From the NCBI GenBank assembly GCA_937924975.1, contig CALEYG010000022.1, positions 11-64,010 on the forward strand: DNA of 64,000 bases, in the 5' to 3' direction. A program made the translations under genes and the position numbers. This document shows, piece by piece, positions 1 through 7,533 of the stretch (position 1 is its first letter; every line of letters starts with the position of its first letter). Origin of the DNA: an uncultured Stomatobaculum sp. (GTDB taxonomy: Bacteria; Bacillota; Clostridia; Lachnospirales; Lachnospiraceae). The notes beneath the pieces are model-generated. The model was not told the DNA's origin. It ran no database searches and was given only the letters and a program-made list of their open reading frames with translations.

Positions 1-58
1 CTTACTGTGACACTTTCGTGTCCAGTAAAGAGGGTACATATCAAACAGCGATTTTTAC

Positions 59-532
59 TCAGTCGTTCTTTTTGAACACATAGAACTTACTGATGATATA
101 GTTCGAAACGATTACAAAAATCTGCGCTGCGAGTTTCACCCCAATTCGGTTCCAGTGCAGACTCACGATGAAAATTCCCAGAATCAATTCCTCCAGAAGT
201 AAGGTCAATAACCTCCCACCAAAAAATCCGGCAAGCTGTGCAAGCAAGCCCTTCGCGGAATCTGTCTCTGCCTCAAATACCCAAGTCTTATTGGTGATAA
301 ACTGAAACAGGACACAAATCACCCAGTCGACGACATTCGCAAACAAGTCACCCCAGCCTAGCTTCTTAGTGAAGAAGACAAAGAGGCTCAGGTTAAGGAA
401 AACCGCCAGCCCGCCGAAGAAGAGGTAAAGGAGTACCTCCTTGTGTTTGCTGTACCAGGGCTTCAAAATCCGCAACCCCGGTAAGCCCATTATGCGGTCA
501 AAAATATCCTCGTGAATGGTTTCCGATTGCAT
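59..532 (-). CDS. GtrA-family small membrane protein (lipid-linked sugar translocation-type)
   Basis: 157 aa with about 4 hydrophobic segments. The ends ('YLFFGGLAVFLNLSLF', 'NYIISKFYVFKK') resemble GtrA-like proteins. AGGAG lies upstream of ATG 532. About 40% GC, unlike most of the window. Confidence 0.7.
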   Translation of the reverse strand: MQSETIHEDIFDRIMGLPGLRILKPWYSKHKEVLLYLFFGGLAVFLNLSLFVFFTKKLGWGDLFANVVDWVICVLFQFITNKTWVFEAETDSAKGLLAQLAGFFGGRLLTLLLEELILGIFIVSLHWNRIGVKLAAQIFVIVSNYIISKFYVFKKND

Positions 533-544
533 GAAAATCTCCTC

Positions 545-2356
545 TCAGTGGATAGCCTCCTCAGCCTTTTTGCCAAACAAGGCCTTTAATTCTCCGTAAA
601 ACAAAATCGTATATAATACCATACCGGTCTTCGCAATTGTCATAAGTGAAGAAGTAATTTTAATTCCCTCTTCTGTTCCTGCCATACTTTGCTCTAACTG
701 CGTAAAGAAACCGACATGTCCGAAGTAACTGACAGCCGAGGTAATATCACCGATTCTCATCAGAACGACATCCGCCAAAATCAATGCCGAGAATCCCCAG
801 ATAAGCAAACGCCGCAATGCATCATCCTCGCGAAGCAAAAGATAAACAAAGGCAGGAAAAGTCAGAATATATACGGAGGGTGTTGCAAGTATCGTCGCAC
901 TGAAGAGAAGCACTATCGCTGCATTTAACAGCAGTGCTCCGAATAACAATTCGCTCCGGCTGACAGTCGATTTTAAGTGCAGTGCAGCCAGGGAAAACAG
1001 CAATATCAGAGCAAACAGAGTGATATACAAATACACCCCTTGCACATATTGAAAAACGGAGAACCAGATCCTATCGCTCTGTTTATTCTGCGATAAAAAG
1101 ATTCCTATGCTGGGATTGATTACATAAACATTTGCAATTCCAAGCACCAGTGTCTCCAAAAAAAGTACTGCATTGACCAGTTCTCCTCTTCTCTGCCAGA
1201 TTAAAACAAAGTAAACCAGCAAACAAGCCGGAGCCATCATCAGGTTCTGCATCTTGCAAAAACAGCCCAGTGCTGCAAGGACGGAGCCGATTGCCTGATT
1301 CTTTTTGGAACCGTTTTCCCGCAACAGTTGCAATAGTCCTTCACCGAGTAAGTACATCGGAAGAACATCCAATTGGATGTAAACAATGGCAACATAAAAC
1401 ACGAGCGGTGTTAAAAAGGCCTGCCAAAATTTTGTCTTTGAGACTGTCTCTAACATGCCGCAGTCCAGCATATATCCTTCTAAAGACAGAACCATCTCCC
1501 GCATCATAAGAGCATTGCAAACTTTAAGAATAACAGCCGGTAACCAGAGTGAAGCGGTCTGCAAATAAATCGGCGCAAACCCAAAGCTAAGCAAATTGGG
1601 AATTGCATATAGCAAAAGCATCACCGGATTATAGGGATAAGAATTGAACTCAAAAAAATGCACTTCAATCTCACGCAGATTCTGAATTTGGTAGATGTCC
1701 CCTCCTGACGCAAACTGTGACATCATTCGAGTGATACTCGGCAAATCAACGCCGGGCGCCACCACAAAACTGATCAGCAGAATAATCCCCAATAAAGTCC
1801 ATTGCTTCTTCGTCCAAGGTGTTTGTTTTTTGCTGCGGTAATAAAAGCAGGTCGCAAACTGTGCCAGTGTATAGTTCTTTTTCTTTGCAAACAGCAAGAC
1901 AAGCGCCAGACAGATATTAAGTGCTAAGAATATTCCTGCCTGTTTCGGAATTGCATTATGGATGACCACATCATACATCCCTTGATATGTGTACGGATGC
2001 AGTTTCTCCAAATTCAAAACCGTGACCGGTACAGTCGCACTTGCCGTTTCCTTCGGAATATCTATTTCTACGGCTTCGTCAATGTGATATAAATCGCTGT
2101 GCACTCGCCCTTTTCCCTCATTCGAAAAAGTAATCTTGCGATATCCTTCACGATCATTCACATATCCGACATACCGATTGTCAACCTTCTCCACCAGCAC
2201 ATTGCAACTCGGCACAATAAGCTGCACCAGATAGAAAAAGACCAGTTCCAAGAGTAAGAGTAATGCGAGGCGCTGCCATAAGCCCGCCTTCTTTTGTTTC
2301 GTCTGTTGTTTCATGCTCTTCGTTGTAAGCCCCCTCACGACTAAGAGAGATGGCAT
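545..2356 (-). CDS. Large polytopic membrane protein, candidate GT-C-type glycosyltransferase or polymer-modifying enzyme
   Basis: 603-aa ORF with at least 12 hydrophobic segments and no recognisable soluble domain. It sits directly upstream of gtrA in an AT-rich block. The start is uncertain: ATG 2356 lies in the loop of the 2344-2370 hairpin, and an alternative ATG at 2314 gives 'MKQQTKQKK...'. Confidence 0.55.
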   Translation of the reverse strand: MPSLLVVRGLTTKSMKQQTKQKKAGLWQRLALLLLLELVFFYLVQLIVPSCNVLVEKVDNRYVGYVNDREGYRKITFSNEGKGRVHSDLYHIDEAVEIDIPKETASATVPVTVLNLEKLHPYTYQGMYDVVIHNAIPKQAGIFLALNICLALVLLFAKKKNYTLAQFATCFYYRSKKQTPWTKKQWTLLGIILLISFVVAPGVDLPSITRMMSQFASGGDIYQIQNLREIEVHFFEFNSYPYNPVMLLLYAIPNLLSFGFAPIYLQTASLWLPAVILKVCNALMMREMVLSLEGYMLDCGMLETVSKTKFWQAFLTPLVFYVAIVYIQLDVLPMYLLGEGLLQLLRENGSKKNQAIGSVLAALGCFCKMQNLMMAPACLLVYFVLIWQRRGELVNAVLFLETLVLGIANVYVINPSIGIFLSQNKQSDRIWFSVFQYVQGVYLYITLFALILLFSLAALHLKSTVSRSELLFGALLLNAAIVLLFSATILATPSVYILTFPAFVYLLLREDDALRRLLIWGFSALILADVVLMRIGDITSAVSYFGHVGFFTQLEQSMAGTEEGIKITSSLMTIAKTGMVLYTILFYGELKALFGKKAEEAIH

Positions 2357-2370
2357 TTCGCCATCTCTCT
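2344..2370. other. Perfect 11-bp stem / 5-nt loop hairpin at the GC-content boundary, just after the rfbG stop
   Basis: agagagatggc-atttc-gccatctctct read directly. There is no U-run on the minus strand after it, so it is not a canonical intrinsic terminator. Confidence 0.5.
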
Positions 2371-2375
2371 AAATT

Positions 2376-3452
2376 TTACTTTACGGAGAGAAAATTTCGA
2401 ATCTGCTCTTCCGTCACCGCATTCAAATCCTTGCCCTCAGCCCAGGCCTGATACCAATGAACGGTCTCACCGACCGCCTGATCTACATGCCAAATAGGTG
2501 CCCAGCCAAAGCTCTTTTTGAGCTTTGCGCAGTCAAGCTTCAGGAAACCCGCCTCGTGCGGCGCATTGGCCTCGGCCACATTCTTCCAAGATGCCGGCTC
2601 ACCCCAGTGCTTCACAAAGAGATCCGCGAGTTCTCCGGTGCTCACGCAGTCGCAGTCATCCGGTCCTACATTGTAATAGCCCGCATACTTTGCTTCCTTC
2701 GCCTGCTGCATCACAATCATGAGATACGCGTAGAGCGGCTCCAGCACATGCTGGTAGGGACGGGTCGAATAGGGATTCCGAAGTTCCACTGCCTCTCCCT
2801 TTACCGTTGCCCGCACGCAGTCCGGGATAATTCTGTCCTTCGCGAAATCACCGCCGCCAATCACATTGCCCGCGCGCGCGGTGGAAATGCGCATTGCACC
2901 CGGCTCCGAGAAAAAGGACTTTTGGTAGGAGTGGGTCACCAGCTCCGAGCAGCTCTTCGAATTCGAGTAGGGATCGTAGCCGTCCAGCTTCTCATCCTCG
3001 GTAAAACCGTGATTCGCCTGCTCCGGGTTCTCATAGACCTTATCGGTTGTCACGTTGAGGAAACTCTCCACACCGCCGAGTTCCCGCACGACCTCGAGGA
3101 GGTTCACGGTGCCCATCACGTTGGTCTCGTAGGTCTCACGCGGATAGCGGTAGGACTCTCTGACCAGAGGCTGCGCCGCGAGATGCAGTACGCAGTCCGG
3201 CTTTGCCTCCCGAACAGCCTCCTTGAGACGGGCAAAGTCACGGATGTCCGCGATTGTCGAATGCATCTTATCCTGTAAATCGAGGAGCGAGAACAAATCC
3301 GGATCACTCGCCGGCTGCAGCGCATAGCCATAGACTTCCGCGCCGAGCAGGCGGAGCATAACCGAAATCCAGCTTCCCTTAAAACCGGTGTGACCGGTCA
3401 AAAACACGCGCTTTCCCGCGTAAAACCGCTTCATATCCTCTGTATAGTTCAT
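2376..3452 (-). CDS. rfbG: CDP-glucose 4,6-dehydratase
   Basis: 'KRVFLTGHTGFKGSW' Rossmann motif and 'YSNSKSCSE' YxxxK. Length and N-terminus are typical of RfbG/DdhB. I chose the internal ATG at 3452 ('MNYTEDMKRF'), which abuts the rfbF stop at 3455; the longer ORF to 3533 overlaps rfbF. Confidence 0.85.
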   Translation of the reverse strand: MNYTEDMKRFYAGKRVFLTGHTGFKGSWISVMLRLLGAEVYGYALQPASDPDLFSLLDLQDKMHSTIADIRDFARLKEAVREAKPDCVLHLAAQPLVRESYRYPRETYETNVMGTVNLLEVVRELGGVESFLNVTTDKVYENPEQANHGFTEDEKLDGYDPYSNSKSCSELVTHSYQKSFFSEPGAMRISTARAGNVIGGGDFAKDRIIPDCVRATVKGEAVELRNPYSTRPYQHVLEPLYAYLMIVMQQAKEAKYAGYYNVGPDDCDCVSTGELADLFVKHWGEPASWKNVAEANAPHEAGFLKLDCAKLKKSFGWAPIWHVDQAVGETVHWYQAWAEGKDLNAVTEEQIRNFLSVK

Positions 3453-3454
3453 CT

Positions 3455-4225
3455 TTACCACCGCTTCCAGGGAGCCTTGCCTTCGTCCCAAAGTGTCTCG
3501 AGTTTTTCTTTTTCTCTCTGTGTGTCCATGCACTGCCAGAAACCATCGTGCGCATAACCGAAGAGCTGTCCCTCCGCCGCGAGCTTCCGCATGGGCTCCT
3601 GCTCGAGCACAGTCGCATCGCCCTCCAGATAGTCGAAGACCTTCGGTTCCAGAACCATGAAGCCGCCGTTGATGATGGCCGCATCCTCATCGTTCTTCTC
3701 GCGGAAGGAGAGAATCTGCCCGTTCTCATCTTTCTCAAGCACACCCTTCTGCTGCGCAAGGCTTACAGTCGTCATGGTAGCAATTCCGCCGTGCTGCTCG
3801 TGAAAGGCGAGAAGTGCATTGAGATCCACGTCCGCCACACCGTCTCCGTAGGTGAGCAAAAAGCGCTCGTTCTCCAGATATTGCTTTGCGCGCAAGACTC
3901 TGCCGCCGGTCATGGTGTTGAGGCCGGTATCCAGAATGGTGACTTTCCAATTCTCGCCCTTCTTGTCATGCACTTGCATCTCGTTGGTTGCGAGGTCAAA
4001 GGTGATATCCGAATTGTGAAGGAAGTAGTCCGCAAAATACTCCTTAATCACGTACTGCTTGTATCCGCCCAGAATAATGAATTCCTTGTAGCCAAAGCTC
4101 GAGTAGTACTTCATGATATGCCAGAGGATGGGCTGTCCGCCGATCTCAATCATCGGCTTCGGCTTCAGATAGCTCTCCTCGGAAATTCTTGTTCCAAATC
4201 CGCCCGCAAGTATGACGACCTTCAT
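3455..4225 (-). CDS. rfbF: Glucose-1-phosphate cytidylyltransferase
   Basis: 'MKVVILAGGFGTRISEESYLKPKPMIEIGGQPILWHIM' is the canonical RfbF/DdhA N-terminus. 256 aa. Confidence 0.9.
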   Translation of the reverse strand: MKVVILAGGFGTRISEESYLKPKPMIEIGGQPILWHIMKYYSSFGYKEFIILGGYKQYVIKEYFADYFLHNSDITFDLATNEMQVHDKKGENWKVTILDTGLNTMTGGRVLRAKQYLENERFLLTYGDGVADVDLNALLAFHEQHGGIATMTTVSLAQQKGVLEKDENGQILSFREKNDEDAAIINGGFMVLEPKVFDYLEGDATVLEQEPMRKLAAEGQLFGYAHDGFWQCMDTQREKEKLETLWDEGKAPWKRW

Positions 4226-4240
4226 GGTTCCCTCCTCTTG

Positions 4241-4972
4241 TTATGCGCGCTTACTGTCAAAGGATTTCATGCGCTTCCGAATCTCCGCAAAGTTACGAAT
4301 CGACTGCATTCCGATTTGGAAAATGCGCCGCACATTCATGTAATTCTTTCCGCCCTGACGCGGCTGGAAGGTCACGGTGCGGTAGCACACTTTCTCGTGG
4401 TATTTTGAAAAGCAAGCTGCGAGTATCGCGTTCGGCAGATTGAAATCCGCCGGCATAAGATCCAGATACTTGGCAACCACAGAACTCTTCATGAGACGGA
4501 ACGGTGCATTGGCATCCGGCACAAAGGTACCGAAGAAGATTTTCAGATAGACGCGCAGTACGTTCTCAACGACCTTGCGCCCCATACCGTCTCCGCGCTT
4601 CTTGCGGTCGCCCATAATGACATCATATTTTTCACGCAACTTCCAGAAGGCCGCAAATTCCGCCGGAACCGTCTGACCGTCCGAGTCGGTCTGGAAAATC
4701 CAATCCGCACCGTGCTCAATCGCATAGCGATATAATAAAATGACCTTTGTGCCGTGATCTGTTCCGGGCTTCGGAATCACCACCAGCTTCTCATACTGCT
4801 TCTGCAATTCATAGAGCACTTCCAAAGTCTTATCCTTAGAACCGCCGTCCGAAATGACCATTCTGGAATCCTCACTCCCGTTTTCCAGAATCGGATACCA
4901 TTCCGCCACAACCTCTCGGATATTTGCCTCTTCATTGTAGGCCGGCATCACAATATATAACGTGTCTCTCAT
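4241..4972 (-). CDS. Family-2 glycosyltransferase (polyprenol-phosphate glycosyltransferase-like, short form)
   Basis: 'YIVMPAYNEEANI' and the 'QTDSDGQ' DxD motif. 243 aa with no C-terminal TM helices. Confidence 0.75.
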   Translation of the reverse strand: MRDTLYIVMPAYNEEANIREVVAEWYPILENGSEDSRMVISDGGSKDKTLEVLYELQKQYEKLVVIPKPGTDHGTKVILLYRYAIEHGADWIFQTDSDGQTVPAEFAAFWKLREKYDVIMGDRKKRGDGMGRKVVENVLRVYLKIFFGTFVPDANAPFRLMKSSVVAKYLDLMPADFNLPNAILAACFSKYHEKVCYRTVTFQPRQGGKNYMNVRRIFQIGMQSIRNFAEIRKRMKSFDSKRA

Positions 4973-4981
4973 ACTCTCCCC

Positions 4982-6115
4982 TCACTGCAGTTCGCGTGCC
5001 AAGTCAAGCGCTCTGCGAATTGCCTGATCCATATTGTAGTACTTAAACTCCGCGAGGCGTCCCGCAAACGCAAGTCCCTTGACCTGCTTTGCCTCCTCGT
5101 AATACTTCTGAAACAGCTCCTGACTCTCTTCGGTCAGCACCGGATAGTAGGGCTCCATCGCCTCGCCCTGCTTGTAGGGCAAGGGATATTCCACGGCATA
5201 GGTGGTTCCTCTGACCTCCTGCACCGGGAGCTTCTTGTACTCCGTGATGCGCGTAAAGCCCTCCGCCTGCGGGTAAGCAACCACCGGCATATCCTGGAAG
5301 CTGTCAATGTCCTCGTGCTTCCACACAAAACGCAGCGAACGGTAGGGTAACTTGCCGTGCTTGCATCCAAAAAGTTCATCCAGAGCGCCGGTAAAGATTA
5401 AGACACCGTCCAGCGGCTTATCGCCGTCCATGACCTGATTGTCCCGAATCGAGAAGCGATCCAGCGCCTCCTCATTCAGGCGAAGTTCAATGCCCGGGGT
5501 CTTCAAGAGATTTTCGATGAACTCCATGTAACCCTTGACCGGCATTGCCTGATACTTGTCGCTGAAATACTTGCTGCCGTAGGAGAAGAGAATGGGCACA
5601 CGCTTAAAAATCTGGCGATCCACCTTCTCGGGATCTATGCCCCACTGCTTTGCGGTGTAGGGCTTATAGTCCTTCTCGTAAAGGAAGTCCGCAAAGCGTC
5701 TCACGTAGCTATCCTGACTTTCCAGCATTTCTAAGACCGTCGCCGAAGCACGGTCGCCGAACTCTGCCTTGATATGCGCCTTAATCTCCTCTGCTTCCTC
5801 CGGGAAGAAGGTATCCACGGAGCTAAAGTCAAAGGAGGTCGGAACGCACTTGCCGTCCATCACCGATCCGCAGACCAGGTTAAAGTCCTTGAGCTCGCAG
5901 TTGTCGCTCACATAGCGATAGACCTCATCGTCATTGGTGTGGAAGATGTGCGGTCCGTAGTGATGCACATGAATACCGTATTCATCGTCATAGTCATAGA
6001 CATTTCCGCCCGCATGCGCGCGGCGCTCCAGTACCTGCACCGTATTTCCTTTTTTGGCGAGCTCTGCCGCCAACACAGCGCCTACAATGCCGCTGCCCAC
6101 AATATAGTATTTCAT
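4982..6115 (-). CDS. glf: UDP-galactopyranose mutase family flavoenzyme (nucleotide-sugar pyranose/furanose mutase)
   Basis: FAD-binding motif 'IVGSGIVGAVLAAELAKKG' and 'HHYGPHIFHT', typical of Glf. 377 aa. Confidence 0.85.
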   Translation of the reverse strand: MKYYIVGSGIVGAVLAAELAKKGNTVQVLERRAHAGGNVYDYDDEYGIHVHHYGPHIFHTNDDEVYRYVSDNCELKDFNLVCGSVMDGKCVPTSFDFSSVDTFFPEEAEEIKAHIKAEFGDRASATVLEMLESQDSYVRRFADFLYEKDYKPYTAKQWGIDPEKVDRQIFKRVPILFSYGSKYFSDKYQAMPVKGYMEFIENLLKTPGIELRLNEEALDRFSIRDNQVMDGDKPLDGVLIFTGALDELFGCKHGKLPYRSLRFVWKHEDIDSFQDMPVVAYPQAEGFTRITEYKKLPVQEVRGTTYAVEYPLPYKQGEAMEPYYPVLTEESQELFQKYYEEAKQVKGLAFAGRLAEFKYYNMDQAIRRALDLARELQ

Positions 6116-7038
6116 CAGTCTCTCCCCATATCCCCGCGCACGCGGTCTATCACTCTGCTGATTCCTGTTTCAAAGTCTATCTTCGGTTCAAAGCCTGTAT
6201 CCCGCTTGATATCCGTCAAGTCAATGCAGGAGCAGGGCAACCTGTCGCTGTTGTACGGAATCTCGCCTATGCCGAGCGGCAAAGACGGATCAATCTTCTG
6301 GTGGATGATGCGAATATAATTTCGGAGCGGCCAGTTGTCTCCGTGGCCGATTGCATAGACCGCGCCGTCCTTTCCCCTCTCGCCGACCGCAATCAGCGCG
6401 GAGACCACATCGTCGATATAGACATAATCCCAGAGCTGCTCAAGCTTGGTGAGTGAGGGCTTCTCGCGATGTAAAAGCTTATCGATGGTGTAGAAAATAA
6501 CATTGTTATCCCGGCGATCCGCCGCATAAATACCGGCAATAATCGTGTAGATAAAGTCAATGTCGTTTCTCGACGCAAAGTCGCTGCAGAGATAGCGAAG
6601 GGCTATCTTGGCGGCACCGTAGGCATTGTTCGGCGAGGGCACGGCATCCTTGTTGAGCGGCTTCCCGTAGTAAAGATACTCATTCGTGGAGCCCGGGAAG
6701 ATAATCTTCCGTATGCCGATTGCGATTGCGAGCTTCATGCAATCCAGAGACATGTTCACATTTCCGATTTGAATGTCCAGCTCATTCCGGACTTCCGGCT
6801 TCACGCCGTTCCAGGCAAAGTGATACATCACATCGATATCCACCGGAAAATCCGCAATGTGATTTAAAATCTGGTTGAGGTCAAGACTGTAGACATGCAG
6901 CTTGGGATCCTCTTCTCCGCGGTAGATGTTGTGACCGGGATAGACAATTGCATAGACCTCTACCCCCTGCTTAAGCAAGCCTCTGATTAAATTTCTCCCG
7001 ATAAAACCGTCTGCACCTGTCACCAGAACTTTTTTCAT
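6115..7038 (-). CDS. NAD(P)-dependent extended SDR (epimerase/4-ketoreductase, RfbJ/RfbS-like size)
   Basis: 'VLVTGADGFIGRNL' and 'YGAAK' (YxxxK). 307 aa. Lower GC (~45-50% by eye) than the neighbours. 1-nt overlap with glf. Confidence 0.75.
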   Translation of the reverse strand: MKKVLVTGADGFIGRNLIRGLLKQGVEVYAIVYPGHNIYRGEEDPKLHVYSLDLNQILNHIADFPVDIDVMYHFAWNGVKPEVRNELDIQIGNVNMSLDCMKLAIAIGIRKIIFPGSTNEYLYYGKPLNKDAVPSPNNAYGAAKIALRYLCSDFASRNDIDFIYTIIAGIYAADRRDNNVIFYTIDKLLHREKPSLTKLEQLWDYVYIDDVVSALIAVGERGKDGAVYAIGHGDNWPLRNYIRIIHQKIDPSLPLGIGEIPYNSDRLPCSCIDLTDIKRDTGFEPKIDFETGISRVIDRVRGDMGRD

Positions 7039-7137
7039 CTCATTGTCTCTCTTTCACCGACATTCACACTGATCAAACCTTTCAGTCAGGCTTAATTCTT
7101 TGCCACAGCACCCCTTAGAGCAAGTGCTGTACCGCTC

Positions 7138-7524
7138 TTATTTTCGTCTTGCAAATTGCAGGACATTGAGAAGCAGGGAGAGTAACACCGCCGCATACAA
7201 AAAACCGTTAATCGGCGTGAATGCCGCCTTCATGCTGCCGTCTTCCTTATACTCTTTGCCGTTCACATAGAGCTTGCCGTCCACATAGACACCGCCGTAG
7301 CGGTCCACGGAGACCACAGCCTTGCCGTTCTCATCGACAACCTTGACGCCTCTTCCGCTCTCGCCCGGGCTCACGACGATCCAGTCATCGCTTCCGCCGT
7401 TGTCATTCGGCTGCTGCTGCACGCTTACATTGCCCGCCGTGCCGAAATCCTGTACTTCCGCTGCGTAGACCGGCGTCGCCGCGAGCGTCGCCAGCAAGAA
7501 CGCCATCGCTATTTTTTTCTTCAT
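7138..7524 (-). CDS. Small secreted protein with a C-terminal hydrophobic helix + basic tail
   Basis: Signal peptide 'MKKKIAMAFLLATLAATPVYA/AE'. C-terminus 'TPINGFLYAAVLLSLLLNVLQFARRK'. No recognised domain. Confidence 0.6.
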   Translation of the reverse strand: MKKKIAMAFLLATLAATPVYAAEVQDFGTAGNVSVQQQPNDNGGSDDWIVVSPGESGRGVKVVDENGKAVVSVDRYGGVYVDGKLYVNGKEYKEDGSMKAAFTPINGFLYAAVLLSLLLNVLQFARRK

Positions 7525-7533
7525 TGCTCTCCC

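Noticed and set aside
7090-7125. Inverted repeat ACAGCAC-N12-GTGCTGT in the 99-nt gap that splits the glycan locus, considered as a terminator or operator.
   Set aside because: The stem is 7 bp with a 12-nt loop and no U-tract. A nearby TTGCTC-17-AAGAAT promoter match is weak. The evidence is not enough to call a feature.
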